A DNA stretch of 64,000 nt from a virus. Lineage: Duplodnaviria > Caudoviricetes. The notes beneath the pieces are model-generated. The model saw only the letters and a list, made by a program, of their open reading frames with translations. It ran no database searches and was not told where the DNA came from. The position numbers and the translations under genes are program-made. Shown here piece after piece: positions 35,342 to 45,499 of the stretch (position 1 is its first letter; the number at the start of each line of letters is the position of its first letter). Location: IMG/VR virus record IMGVR_UViG_3300031853_000021, positions 1 through 64,000 of that record. One strand, given 5' to 3'.

Positions 35342-36097
35342 TTAGATTCCCATCAGTTCCATTTCTGCGATCAGGTCAGCTTCTTCTTCAGCTTCCCTGT
35401 TCTCGACATCTTCCGGACGCTCTGTCCGGATGTTCTTCGGCGCGTTCTTCCAGCTGTCCATCATCCAGCTGACGCACGCAGCCATAGCAGGCCGTTCATC
35501 GATTTCGATGTCGAAGACTTCCTGCGCGTCCGTTGCAGACATCCATGTTTCCGCGTTGATCTTTTCGGTGATGTCAGATTCTGACACGCCTTCCTTCGCG
35601 TGCTGCATGTAGATGTCCGTGATGCTCTGCTGGCACTTGTCCAGTTCCGCGATCAGTGCTGTCAGATCGTCCGCGTTTCCGTAGGCTAAGACTGACGGCT
35701 TGTGAATCATGATCTGCGCGCCCGTAGACATCACGATTTCGTCGCAGGCCATCAGGATCACCGATGCGATCGATGCCGCCAGTCCGTCGACGACGCCCTT
35801 GATGTGCCCCGTATGACGGGACAGGATGCTGTGGATCGCGATTCCTGCGAACACGTCACCGCCGCCCGAATTGATGTAGACGGTCAGATCTGCGTTCTGA
35901 TCGATCTGGTTCATGAAGTCCGCGATGTCCTGCGGGCATGTGTCGTCCGCGCTCCATACATCCCATGAAGACGACACGATGTCGCCGTAGATGTACAGTT
36001 CCGCACCCGCTGCCGCGTTCCTGATCTCCATGTACCCCGTGTTCTCGATCTTCTTAGTCTTCGGATTCTTCCGCGTGAATCGGTATTTGTTCACCAT
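35342..36097 (-). CDS. ClpP-type prohead protease
   Basis: YINSGGGDV, GLAASIAS, IMIHKP, ETWMSA. Confidence 0.92.
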   Translation of the reverse strand: MVNKYRFTRKNPKTKKIENTGYMEIRNAAAGAELYIYGDIVSSSWDVWSADDTCPQDIADFMNQIDQNADLTVYINSGGGDVFAGIAIHSILSRHTGHIKGVVDGLAASIASVILMACDEIVMSTGAQIMIHKPSVLAYGNADDLTALIAELDKCQQSITDIYMQHAKEGVSESDITEKINAETWMSATDAQEVFDIEIDERPAMAACVSWMMDSWKNAPKNIRTERPEDVENREAEEEADLIAEMELMGI

Positions 36098-37526
36098 CGT
36101 CTTTCCCTCCTTCCTGCTTTATTTTCTGTTCCGGATCTGTTTCGGCTGTGTCTTCCGGATCCGCGCCGCCCGGCTGTCCTGCTGATGGAACAGTCCCGCC
36201 TTCCTGCGCTGCATTATGCACAGGCCGCTGCCGCGTCTGCTGTGCGTTCTGCTGTGGTTGGTTCTGCGCGTACTGGATGCCGACGTCTGCCAGCGGAACG
36301 AAGTTTCCGTTCACGATCAGCTGGTCGCCGCCCTCTGCATCCTGAAGATCCAGCTTCCGACGGCATTCGTTCGGCTTCTTGATGCCGTTCTGGATCGCCT
36401 GCGCCATGATCTTTATCTGTGTTTCGCTGTCCGTCCGCAGGATCGCTTTTTCGTTCAGCTTGTAGTATTTGCCTTCTTCGTAGCGTTCCACGTCCGTCAG
36501 CAGTTTCCAGTTGACTTCTTCTTCGTACTGCTTCAGCACGAACAGCATCGTGTCCACGTAGAAGGACAGCTGCTGCATTTCTGAATTGCTGTAGCTGCTC
36601 TTTTCGTAGTCGTTGATCTGGTTCGGTTTGATGCCGAATGCAGCCGCGATCTGAAGCGCCGAATATTTCTTCAGTTCGATGAACTGACTGTCTGACAGTT
36701 TGATGTCCAGCGGCGTCAGCTTCATCCCCTGCGGGATCGGCAGGATCCGCCCGGTGTTCTTCGTCCCGGCTCCGTATGTCTCGAATGCCTGGATCAGCTT
36801 CCGCTTCGCTTCCTCGTTCAGGTCACCGGTGTATTCCAGCGTCGCCTTCGCGGTCAGGCCGTTCGCGTATAGATTGTTCAGGAAGTCCTGCGATGCCGCT
36901 GCGCCTTCGACGGTCTGCCGCAGGATCTCCTGCACCGGAAGTCCTGTGATGCCGTCAAGGGAATGCGAAGTCTTGAAGTGAAGGACTTCGTCGGTTCCGA
37001 AGACGTACTGCTGCCCGCTGTACTTATCGCTGTACACGTACCAGATCTTCCCGGCTCCGCCGAAGTATCCGGCATCGTCGACGACGATCTGCACGCAGTT
37101 CGACGGCATGACCCACAGATCCAGCACCTTGTATTCGCCGCCGTATCGCTTCCTGCTGAACTTAGATCTGACGTACACGTAGGCGTTCCCGAAGTGATTC
37201 CTGTTCATCTCGACCGCATTCCAGAAGGCTGTCGGCGTCATGAACGGATTCGGCCTGTATTTCAGCAGCTTCGCCACGTCATTCAGTTCCGGTTCGGCGA
37301 TGCCGTTCGCTGTCTTCTGGTAGTATTTCCACGGAAGTTTCGCGACGGTTTCCGACATCATCTTCAGACACGTGAAGTATGTGACTTCCGACAGTGCGCC
37401 GTTCCGGTTCTTCTTCTTGATTCCCAGCCATTCAAGGAAGGATTCTTCCGCCATGTCCGGCGATTCGATCGTCTGGTTCAGGAATGTCTTCTTGAACCAG
37501 TTCCTGATCTTCTGCCACCATTTCAA
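36054..37526 (-). CDS. Portal protein (HK97 family)
   Basis: RPNPFMT, GNAYV, VLHFK, IAAAFGIKP, PNECR. Confidence 0.95.
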   Translation of the reverse strand: MKWWQKIRNWFKKTFLNQTIESPDMAEESFLEWLGIKKKNRNGALSEVTYFTCLKMMSETVAKLPWKYYQKTANGIAEPELNDVAKLLKYRPNPFMTPTAFWNAVEMNRNHFGNAYVYVRSKFSRKRYGGEYKVLDLWVMPSNCVQIVVDDAGYFGGAGKIWYVYSDKYSGQQYVFGTDEVLHFKTSHSLDGITGLPVQEILRQTVEGAAASQDFLNNLYANGLTAKATLEYTGDLNEEAKRKLIQAFETYGAGTKNTGRILPIPQGMKLTPLDIKLSDSQFIELKKYSALQIAAAFGIKPNQINDYEKSSYSNSEMQQLSFYVDTMLFVLKQYEEEVNWKLLTDVERYEEGKYYKLNEKAILRTDSETQIKIMAQAIQNGIKKPNECRRKLDLQDAEGGDQLIVNGNFVPLADVGIQYAQNQPQQNAQQTRQRPVHNAAQEGGTVPSAGQPGGADPEDTAETDPEQKIKQEGGKDDGEQIPIHAEESED

Positions 37527-37532
37527 TCTTCA

Positions 37533-39275
37533 TCACCCCCTTTCCGTTTTTCTTGCTCTGCTTGATTCGTACATCTTCAGCCACATTTCCACACTTTCAT
37601 TCACATCCGGCTTCACTTCTCCCTTCATCGCCATCGTCCAGGCGTCGATGATCGCGTCGACCGGATCGATCCTTTCCGTCTGGTATTCCTTGTCGATCTT
37701 GATTTCCCCGAAGCTGTTCGAAACTGTCTTCGCGTTCGCGATCGACCACGTCGTCATCTCGTTCCCGTCGTGCTCGACGTTTCCGGATTCGATTTCAAGC
37801 CGGAAGTCCACTGTCGCATCGTTCAGCGCCTTCGCCGACTGCGTGATCGCCACGCTGTCGTATCCCAGCGCATCCAGATCCGTCAGGAATGCGGACGCGT
37901 TGTGCGGATCGTAGCAAATGAACTGAACGTCCAGATTCAGCGCCTTCACGACTGTCTGAAGGTACGACAGGATGTACTTGTAGTCGGTCTTCACGCCGCC
38001 CATCGTCTCCGTGACGGTGATCAGTCCCTGCTGGATCCATAGATCATACGGCACGCGATCCGTGCGGATGTGTTCTTCCACGCGGCGCTTCGGGATGAAG
38101 CTGTGCACGTGGACGTAATACTTCCGGACGCCGTCCCTGATCGATGTGAACACGAACGCGATCGACGTCAGGTCGCCGCCGGATGACAGGTCAAGGCCGA
38201 CATAGCATTTCTGCCCCTTCAGGTTCTGGATCGTTTTGTCCGTCTTCCCGGCCTTCCACAGTTCGATGTCCTTGATGTAGACGTCGTTCGTCCACTGGAT
38301 CCACATGTTCAGCTGCTTGACGATGAAGTCACGAAGCGAAGATCCGCCCATCTCCTTCGCCGTCTCTGCGATCGGAACCATGTTTTCCAGCGCTTCCGGA
38401 TCATATTCCAGAATCGGATTCGCCTTGATCCAGTTCTTCGGCGTCCACATGTCGTCGCCTTCATCCATCTGCGCGATGTAGATGAACTGCGAATCGTTCT
38501 TCGTGACGCCCTTCAGCACCTTCGCGCAGTATTCATACAGCGCGAAGCACGGCGACTTCAGGTCGAAGCCCGCTGTGGTGATGACGCTGATCAGCGCTGA
38601 CTTCATCTTCTTGATGCCGCCTTCCAGCAGCTTGTACATCTGGTCGTCTTTGTGGGCGTGGTATTCGTCCACGATTCCCAGATACGGACGGAAGCCGTCG
38701 ATCGACTTCGTGTCGCCCGACAGCGCCTTGATCTTGCTGTATGTGTTCCGGCAGTCGATTGTTGAATTGTGTTCGTGTATGTCGAAGCACTCTTCCAGAT
38801 CCTGATCTGATCTGATGAACTTCACGATCTCATTGAAGACGATCAGCGCCTGATCCTTCTTTGTCGCCGTGCAATAGATCTGCCCGTATCTGTAGCGGTC
38901 GAAATTGCCGTAGTATGCCGCCAGAATGCCGTTCAGGAAGGATTTACCGTTCTGACGTCCCAGTTGCACGTATGACGTTCTGAAGCGCCTGTGACTGCCT
39001 GCTTTCGTTCTCCATCCGTTCAGTGATCCCAGAATGAAGCACTGGAACGGATACGCCTGCACCTGATCCTGTTCTTCGCCTTCCGCGATCGTCAGTGTCT
39101 CCGCGAAGTCGATGATCCTTTCGGCCTGTTCGACGTCGAAGTAGTACCTGTACGGCGCGGCCTTCGATGCTTCCAGATCTTCCATGTGGCGCTTGCAGGC
39201 CAGCTTCACCATTTCCCCGGCTGTTATCTTTCCCGCAAGGACGTCCGCAGCGTACTGTGTTGTCCTGTCCTGCAT
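37533..39275 (-). CDS. terL: Terminase large subunit
   Basis: Walker A LGRQNGKS, Walker B GIVDEYH, nuclease GLDLSSGGD and RIDPVDA. Confidence 0.96.
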   Translation of the reverse strand: MQDRTTQYAADVLAGKITAGEMVKLACKRHMEDLEASKAAPYRYYFDVEQAERIIDFAETLTIAEGEEQDQVQAYPFQCFILGSLNGWRTKAGSHRRFRTSYVQLGRQNGKSFLNGILAAYYGNFDRYRYGQIYCTATKKDQALIVFNEIVKFIRSDQDLEECFDIHEHNSTIDCRNTYSKIKALSGDTKSIDGFRPYLGIVDEYHAHKDDQMYKLLEGGIKKMKSALISVITTAGFDLKSPCFALYEYCAKVLKGVTKNDSQFIYIAQMDEGDDMWTPKNWIKANPILEYDPEALENMVPIAETAKEMGGSSLRDFIVKQLNMWIQWTNDVYIKDIELWKAGKTDKTIQNLKGQKCYVGLDLSSGGDLTSIAFVFTSIRDGVRKYYVHVHSFIPKRRVEEHIRTDRVPYDLWIQQGLITVTETMGGVKTDYKYILSYLQTVVKALNLDVQFICYDPHNASAFLTDLDALGYDSVAITQSAKALNDATVDFRLEIESGNVEHDGNEMTTWSIANAKTVSNSFGEIKIDKEYQTERIDPVDAIIDAWTMAMKGEVKPDVNESVEMWLKMYESSRARKTERG

Positions 39276-39293
39276 TACTGCGCCCCGTCCGCA

Positions 39294-39818
39294 TTATGCG
39301 AACTTGTCAAATTTGTTTCCCTTCGGCGCTTCCGGCGCTTTCGGAACGATCAGTCTGCATCTGGAAGACACGGTCAGCCCGAAGTCCGCCGCGCCTTGCC
39401 TGCACTGTCTGAAGTACCTGTCCTGCATGATCGCCAGACGCTCGACCTGGCTGTTCACCACTTTGATCGTCTGATAGATCGGACGCCCGTCTTCGTCCTT
39501 CTCCTTCGTCTCGATCGGCATGTCCACCATCAGCGGCAGCTGTGCGATCTGCTGCGTGATCTCTTTGTACTTCTCCTGTGCGATGACCAATCGTGCCAGC
39601 GCGTCCACGTCCAGATTCGAAATCAGGTCGATCGCGCGCAGCTCCTTCACCGTCTTCCGGAAGGCTTTCTTCTGCGTCGGCGTCAGGTATGACGGCGCCG
39701 TGACCTTGTCGGCGGGCGCTTTCACTTCCGTCCGCTGCCTTTCCGCGATCTCTGCTTTCGTCAGATGTTTCTTTCCCTTCGCCTGAATCAGCGAAATCGG
39801 CTGTCGTTGTCCTGACAT
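39294..39818 (-). CDS. terS: Terminase small subunit (P27 family)
   Basis: APSYLT...FGLTVSSRCRL. Confidence 0.9.
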   Translation of the reverse strand: MSGQRQPISLIQAKGKKHLTKAEIAERQRTEVKAPADKVTAPSYLTPTQKKAFRKTVKELRAIDLISNLDVDALARLVIAQEKYKEITQQIAQLPLMVDMPIETKEKDEDGRPIYQTIKVVNSQVERLAIMQDRYFRQCRQGAADFGLTVSSRCRLIVPKAPEAPKGNKFDKFA

Positions 39819-39941
39819 TTCGACCTCCTTTCCCGCTGCATTCCTTGCGGATATGTGTCAGATTATGACCACATCAGCCCGCAGGCCGTGTATTTTGGTT
39901 TTTTCGTGGGGAGTTTTCTCCACAGAATAGGATGGGCGCGA

Positions 39942-40409
39942 CTAATAGGGATTGCTGAAAACTTTTTCGATCCCCCCATGCCCTTCCCAATACGTCCGGA
40001 GAATGTCCCGCAGCTGTGCCTGCGTCTCTTTTTTTGTGGCTTCGTCCTTGTCATACAGTGCGGATATGATCCCGTGATTCTGATTCGATAACGGGAACAG
40101 ATTCGTCGGATCCAGCCGTCTGTTCCAGTCCTCTTCGACCTCCACGATGTGATGCACCATGTCAGCCGTCGCGATCTTCTTCTGGACATAGAAGGCGTAC
40201 AGATCCAGCCCGTCGTACTTGCTGATCACGAACGCCCGAAGGCCGCGCCATTCCTTGCTTATGTAGAACTGCGCCGTCTTCTTGTTCCGCCTGTACAGGT
40301 TGTATTCCATATGCCGCGACATCTGCCTGCTGCTGCCTGCTTCGCAGTCCGGGCATCTCTGGATCCCCTGCGGGATCAGTGCGCCGCATCTGCATTTATG
40401 CCACAGCAT
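39942..40409 (-). CDS. HNH endonuclease (terminase-associated)
   Basis: Closely similar to 24-491; directly upstream of terS, consistent with cos packaging. Confidence 0.85.
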   Translation of the reverse strand: MLWHKCRCGALIPQGIQRCPDCEAGSSRQMSRHMEYNLYRRNKKTAQFYISKEWRGLRAFVISKYDGLDLYAFYVQKKIATADMVHHIVEVEEDWNRRLDPTNLFPLSNQNHGIISALYDKDEATKKETQAQLRDILRTYWEGHGGIEKVFSNPY

Positions 40410-40546
40410 TCTTTCACCTTCTTTCCTGAACACGAACACGCCGCTGCCACCCTTCCGGATGACAGTGCGTGCCGCTGTGGATGGACGAAAATGGCATAGA
40501 AAAAAGCAGCTGCGAATTCGTCCGCAGCTGCTTCCCTCTTGCAACT

Positions 40547-40603
40547 TTCCACGCTACCATTTTACTTCGTCCGTCCCACCATTAAAACCCCAGCTTTTCC
40601 CCA
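40547..40603 (-). promoter_or_regulatory. Putative late promoter B
   Basis: TAAAAT at 40564-40559 with TGGGG repeats; conserved with 624-680. Confidence 0.6.
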
Positions 40604-40652
40604 ACATTTTGACCGGGAATTATTTCGTTTCATGTGAAACGGTTTTAATCCT

Positions 40653-41135
40653 TCACCACTTTTCGATGCCTTCGATCCCGAACAGCTTCACCGACATCTT
40701 CCTGATCAGTTCCTTTGACCAGCGCGACGGCGTGTTCTTTCCGCAGTTCTGGATCTCTGCCACTTCTTCGAATGATTTCCCGTCGATATAGTGCAGCCGG
40801 AAGGCTTCGTACTTGTACAGCATCCGGTTGTCTTCATACTCCTGCCGCAGTTCCTCCATCGCTCTGTCGATGTTCGCGATCATCATCGCCGTCTTCAGCT
40901 TTGTCCGCCGCACGCTTTCAAGGTGCGTGTTCTCCTGCATCAGTGATTCGAATTCTGTCGCGTCCATCTCTTCGACTTCGGATATAGCATTCTCGACATG
41001 CCTTCGCATCTCGATGTACTGTTCCATCAGGATCCGCGTATTATACAGGATCCTGTTCCGCTGGATCTTCCTTTCGGCTTCCATCGTGTCCTGCACGATC
41101 TTCCGGATCTCCACTTCTTTGTCTTCCTGCTGCAT
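40653..41135 (-). CDS. Late transcriptional activator (RinA/ArpU-like)
   Basis: Homolog of 734-1219. Confidence 0.7.
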   Translation of the reverse strand: MQQEDKEVEIRKIVQDTMEAERKIQRNRILYNTRILMEQYIEMRRHVENAISEVEEMDATEFESLMQENTHLESVRRTKLKTAMMIANIDRAMEELRQEYEDNRMLYKYEAFRLHYIDGKSFEEVAEIQNCGKNTPSRWSKELIRKMSVKLFGIEGIEKW

Positions 41136-41142
41136 TCGGTCA

Positions 41143-41937
41143 TCACTCCCCGTTTGTATAGTTTCGTTCTTCCGTCCCTCTGCCGCTGCCGTCAGGCGGC
41201 TTTGATCTTCTTCCATATCTGCGGCGCGGCCTTCTTACCATCGGCAGGCCGTGCATCCGCCTGTAGTTGTTCGATGCTTTCGCCCTGGCTTCGTAGTATC
41301 TGCGCCATGCCCTGATTTCTGCCTTGCGCTTCTCGCTTGTCATCAGCGTTTCGCGCGCCTGCTGCACGATCCTGTCCAGATCTTCCGCCATGTCCTTCAC
41401 GATGTCGCCCAGCCGGTCGAACGCTTCGCCCAAGCGCCGCGCCAGATCCTGCATCATTTCGTTCGCGGCCTTCGCCGCTTCGACGTATGCGTCCCGCAGA
41501 TGAAGCGCAGCCTTCACTTCGTTCGCGGCTTCCAGCGGCGTCTTCTCCTTCATCTTCGCATATTCTTCGATGCGACTTTTGATCAGATCCGGATCTGCGC
41601 CTGTCATGTCTGCGATCTGGCTGATCCGCTCTTCGTATTCGATCAGTTCGCGGATCTGCTTCATGGTAGCTTCCGGAAGTGTCTGGATCTCTGCCGGAAG
41701 TTCTTTTTCGCCCTCTTCCTGCCGCCCTGTGTCCTCTGTGACGGCCTTTTCTGCTTCCTGTGATGAAATACCCGCCTGCACGCTTTCGCCGCTCTGTGCG
41801 CCGTTCTGTGCGTCGTCCTGCTGCTGTTTTTCGCTTTCCTGCTCCTGCTCCCGCTGCCGGATGCCGAAGAATCGCGCCGCTGCCGTCCTGATCGCCTTCC
41901 AGATCTTCATGTCATCACCTTCTTTCATCCTGATCAC
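41143..41937 (-). CDS. Hypothetical phage protein
   Basis: Homolog of 1161-1763 with a longer, different middle region. Confidence 0.6.
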   Translation of the reverse strand: MIRMKEGDDMKIWKAIRTAAARFFGIRQREQEQESEKQQQDDAQNGAQSGESVQAGISSQEAEKAVTEDTGRQEEGEKELPAEIQTLPEATMKQIRELIEYEERISQIADMTGADPDLIKSRIEEYAKMKEKTPLEAANEVKAALHLRDAYVEAAKAANEMMQDLARRLGEAFDRLGDIVKDMAEDLDRIVQQARETLMTSEKRKAEIRAWRRYYEARAKASNNYRRMHGLPMVRRPRRRYGRRSKPPDGSGRGTEERNYTNGE

Positions 41938-42398
41938 GAAAAAGGCAGTTCTTCATCGATCCCGTCGGGAATGTTCATGAATCCGTCCACATCTGTCTGC
42001 ATTTCCTGCTGTCGCGGCTCATGCCCGGCGCTGTGACCGTCTGCCGCTGCCTGCTGGTTCCCGCTGCCGTCCTGCGACTTGCTTTCTGCGAACTCGATGT
42101 CTTCACAGATCACGTCTGTCGTGTATACCTTCGCCCCGTCGCGGTTCGTGTAGGATCCCGTCTGAAGGCGTCCTGTGATGACGACCTTCGTTCCCTTCTT
42201 CAGGTACTTTTCGCAGAATTCGGCGCTTTTGCCGAAGGCCGTGCACGAAGGGAAGTCTGCGGCCTGCTGCCCGTCCTGCCTTCTCTGCCTTCTGTCGACC
42301 GCCAGTGTAAAACGGGCGATACACATCTGATCCTGTTCCTGTGTCCACCTGATTTCGGGATCGCGCGTCAGGCGCCCCATCAAAATGACCTTGTTCAT
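41934..42398 (-). CDS. ssb: Single-stranded DNA-binding protein
   Basis: MNKVILMGRLTRDP...EELPFS. Confidence 0.95.
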   Translation of the reverse strand: MNKVILMGRLTRDPEIRWTQEQDQMCIARFTLAVDRRQRRQDGQQAADFPSCTAFGKSAEFCEKYLKKGTKVVITGRLQTGSYTNRDGAKVYTTDVICEDIEFAESKSQDGSGNQQAAADGHSAGHEPRQQEMQTDVDGFMNIPDGIDEELPFS

Positions 42399-42430
42399 GT
42401 TCTTTCCGTCTCCTTCCTGCTTGATCCCGC

Positions 42431-42577
42431 TTATTCGTAGTCGCTGTTCCAGGACGCCCACACAAGGATCAAATATAATCCCATCATGACCGTCATGATC
42501 GCCATGACCGTCAGCCCGACGATCGACGCGATGATGATCAGCGCATATTTAATGATTGTCAGAATTGTCAGTGCCAT
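42431..42577 (-). CDS. Small membrane protein (48 aa)
   Basis: Read manually as MALTILTIIKYALIIIASIVGLTVMAIM...; positional match to 2217-2369. Confidence 0.5.
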   Translation of the reverse strand: MALTILTIIKYALIIIASIVGLTVMAIMTVMMGLYLILVWASWNSDYE

Positions 42578-42980
42578 TTCCGCATTCCTCCCTGTACCGT
42601 TCCTTCAGTTCCTGCGATCTGCGCAGCATCTTGTCCTTCAGGTTCTCTTCCTTCCGGATGAAGTGCTGGATCGTGCCCGGCCTGCTGCCGATCTGCCTGT
42701 GCAGGCGAATCTGTGCCTGTATCTGCCTTCGCTTCTGGATGTCCAGCCGCATCTGTCTGTCGTACACGCCGACGGTGTAGTGCTTCCCGCAGTTTTTGCA
42801 TTCAAAATACTGTTCTGTGACGTCATAACCGTTTCTGTCCTTTGCGATCTGCCGCGTCCACAGTTCGACGTCCGTCTGCTGTCCGCAGCTGTCGCAGATT
42901 ACACGGTCATCCGTCAGTGTCATCCCTTCCATGCTCTTTCCCTCCTTTCCTGAACACGCTGTAATCTCCGAATGCGTCAT
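42549..42980 (-). CDS. Zinc-finger phage protein (probable start 42932)
   Basis: CDSCG...CKNCG; homolog of 2374-2733. Confidence 0.7.
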   Translation of the reverse strand: MTHSEITACSGKEGKSMEGMTLTDDRVICDSCGQQTDVELWTRQIAKDRNGYDVTEQYFECKNCGKHYTVGVYDRQMRLDIQKRRQIQAQIRLHRQIGSRPGTIQHFIRKEENLKDKMLRRSQELKERYREECGNGTDNSDNH

Positions 42981-43287
42981 ACGGCAGTTCCTGCCGATCG
43001 AATCCGGATTCCGGCGGCGGCTTTTCCTCGCCGTCGCCTTCTTCCATGTGTTCGTCTTCGCGCGGATCCTCGACAGGAACGCCGATCAGATGCGCCATCA
43101 TTGACGCGATCGCCACGTCGAAGTGTCTTTCGACCTGTGCATAGTGTTCATCCGGCATCGTCTCCCACAGCATCGTCTGAATGTTCCGGATGCCGTGCAG
43201 TGCTTCCTGAAGGCTGTCGCCGTTCAGCAGATTCTTCACGCTGTATGATTTCTTTATCGGTTCCACGAACTTTTCTTTGCTTGCCAT
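42907..43287 (-). CDS. Hypothetical phage protein
   Basis: Homolog of 2730-2993. Confidence 0.65.
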   Translation of the reverse strand: MASKEKFVEPIKKSYSVKNLLNGDSLQEALHGIRNIQTMLWETMPDEHYAQVERHFDVAIASMMAHLIGVPVEDPREDEHMEEGDGEEKPPPESGFDRQELPYDAFGDYSVFRKGGKEHGRDDTDG

Positions 43288-44960
43288 CAGTCTTCGTCCT
43301 CCAGATCAATCAGTCCCAGCGATTCCGCGTCGTAGATGTCCATGACGCCGATCACGGCGTATCCTTCCCGGATCCCGCTTGACGTGTTTTCGTCGTCCAC
43401 GCACGTCACGACGGCCTTCATCCTGTCGCCTGTGGCCTTTCCGTCCTTCATCGCAAGGATCATCAGCCTGTCGCCCTCTCTGTAGCCCTGCGCGTCCTTC
43501 AGGACGATCATGTACTGGATCTGCTGCGTCTCGATCGCGTGATACATGTCAGCAGACACCCGGATGTATCTTTGCGACCTGTCGTCCTGCTCCCGCTGCC
43601 CGTCCTGGCCTTCCTGCATCGCTTCCAGCTTCTTCTTCGTCTCTCTGTCGATCCTGTCCTGCTCTTCGCTGTATCGCTCTTCGTCAGTCTTCCGTGCTTC
43701 CCGGCGGTCGACGAAGCTGTCGCACTTCATGACGTTCGTCTGCTTCTTCATGCAGGCTTCATAATTGTCGCAGGCGTAGCAGATGCTTTCCTTCGCTTCC
43801 GGATGCGCGTCCACTTCCTTCATCGGCGTGAACAGTCCCGCTTCGATCACCTTGTTCACGAATGCCGTCCAGCTGATCATCTTCCGCTGCACGAATCGTC
43901 CTTCGATCTTCACTTTCAGTTTGATCCCATTCGGCGAACAGTTAATGAACGACACCGGATCCGTGTTCGCGCTGAATTCGTTGTAAGATCTGCCGAAGTA
44001 TTCCTTCAGCTGTTCGATCAGGCCGTCCTTCGTTGTCTGGTCTGTGATCTTCAGCCTTGTCCCTCTGCCCGTCACGTCCTGCCATGCCGCGAAGATCTCT
44101 TCGTCCGCAGGATCCTGATCGTGTGCGAAGCGATCCGCTTCCTGCTGATCCGCGTCATCCTCTTCTTCGAAGTCTTCCGGATAGTTCATCTGCCCCGGAA
44201 TCTCTTCCTGTTCTTCAGCCGCTGCCGCTGCCGCTTTCGCTTCCTTGACGTCTTTCCATGTCAGGCTTCCCGTCTCCTTGTAGCGTTCCAGCATGTCCCG
44301 CTGCCGCTCTTCGTCCATCCCGCTGATCTCATAGGCCGCGCTGAACGTCAGACGGCCTTCTTTCAGTTCCTGTGTGAATTCCGGGATCAGTCGGTTGTTG
44401 ATGCTCTCGATCTGCGCGATCTTCGTCCCGGTCATGTTCATGATGGACGCGATCACGTCCCGCAGCCTTCCGGAATCCAGCTTGTAGCCCTGAAGCGTCA
44501 GTCCGTTGTCCTTCATGTACTGAAGCGCGGCCTTCAGCTGCTTTTCCTCTTCCAGAACGTCCATCACGGTCTTGTCGCGGTATGCGTTCGCCATGATCAG
44601 CTGCACCGTCTCTTCGTGTTCCTCTGCCGGATTCTTGATCTGGCACGTGGCGACTTCGAATTCCTTGTATCCCAGATTGCACAGCATCGTCAGCGCCCGC
44701 CAGCGCCTTTCGCCTGCGATGATCCTGTATTCGCCCTTCTCGCACGGTGCATATGTGACCGTCATGTTTTCCAGCAGGCCGCACGTCAGGATGTCCTGCG
44801 CCAGCTTCTCGATGTCGGTCATGCTGTAGAAGTTCTTTTCGTTGCTGTACATCTTCCGGATGCTGATGTCCCGCGTCCGGAACCTTGCTGTCGGCTTATC
44901 GTCGACCGCCGCCTTGCTGTTCTTGTTCAGTGCGTCCAGCACGCTCCATCCTGCCGCCAT
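43287..44960 (-). CDS. parB: ParB-family protein with C-terminal ASCH/DUF3850-like domain
   Basis: GLLENMTV, YRIIAGERRWRAL; N-terminal MAAGWSVLDALN. Confidence 0.85.
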   Translation of the reverse strand: MAAGWSVLDALNKNSKAAVDDKPTARFRTRDISIRKMYSNEKNFYSMTDIEKLAQDILTCGLLENMTVTYAPCEKGEYRIIAGERRWRALTMLCNLGYKEFEVATCQIKNPAEEHEETVQLIMANAYRDKTVMDVLEEEKQLKAALQYMKDNGLTLQGYKLDSGRLRDVIASIMNMTGTKIAQIESINNRLIPEFTQELKEGRLTFSAAYEISGMDEERQRDMLERYKETGSLTWKDVKEAKAAAAAAEEQEEIPGQMNYPEDFEEEDDADQQEADRFAHDQDPADEEIFAAWQDVTGRGTRLKITDQTTKDGLIEQLKEYFGRSYNEFSANTDPVSFINCSPNGIKLKVKIEGRFVQRKMISWTAFVNKVIEAGLFTPMKEVDAHPEAKESICYACDNYEACMKKQTNVMKCDSFVDRREARKTDEERYSEEQDRIDRETKKKLEAMQEGQDGQREQDDRSQRYIRVSADMYHAIETQQIQYMIVLKDAQGYREGDRLMILAMKDGKATGDRMKAVVTCVDDENTSSGIREGYAVIGVMDIYDAESLGLIDLEDED

Positions 44961-45239
44961 TTATTCGCCCTCCTTCTTCGGTTCCTGCCCTCTCTGCCGC
45001 ATCTCTTCCGCGAAGTACCTGTCATACGCTTCGAACAGTGCGAACGTCGCCGCGAACAGGACTTCCGGCCTGTCCGTCCCGTTGTGGAACGTGACGGAAT
45101 TGTCGGGATTCGCTTCGATCAGGATCCCTTCGTTCACTTCGTGCTGTGTCCCGTCTCCGTACTTCACGATGAAGTCCGTCTTCGACAGCTTCAGGACATC
45201 CTTCGCATTCAGTCTGATCACATTGTCTTCCTGCTGCAT
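44961..45239 (-). CDS. Hypothetical phage protein
   Basis: Homolog of 4731-5054. Confidence 0.7.
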   Translation of the reverse strand: MQQEDNVIRLNAKDVLKLSKTDFIVKYGDGTQHEVNEGILIEANPDNSVTFHNGTDRPEVLFAATFALFEAYDRYFAEEMRQRGQEPKKEGE

Positions 45240-45499
45240 TTCTTTTCCTCCTTCCGGGCGCCAGTCAGCGCCCTGTAGATCTCTTTATATTCCTGTTCGT
45301 CGTTCCAGATCCTGCTGTCCAGCGTGTCCAGGCGTTTCGTCAGTCTGGTCACGATCTTCGGCGGCAGTTCGTATCCGTTCCGGACGACGATCGACATGAT
45401 TTCGTATTCACTCTTCAGCGTCAGTTCCGACAGGATCTTGATCTGCGTCATCTTGTTGTCTGCCCTGCGGTATGATCCGCAGATCTCTTTTTCAGTCAT
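45218..45499 (-). CDS. Hypothetical phage protein
   Basis: Homolog of the N-terminus of 5018-5437. Confidence 0.65.
   Translation of the reverse strand: MTEKEICGSYRRADNKMTQIKILSELTLKSEYEIMSIVVRNGYELPPKIVTRLTKRLDTLDSRIWNDEQEYKEIYRALTGARKEEKKCSRKTM

Noticed and set aside
39820-39941. Exact cos site between HNH and terS
   Set aside because: The position is plausible from HNH/P27 terminase context, but I could not identify the cohesive-end sequence from the sequence alone
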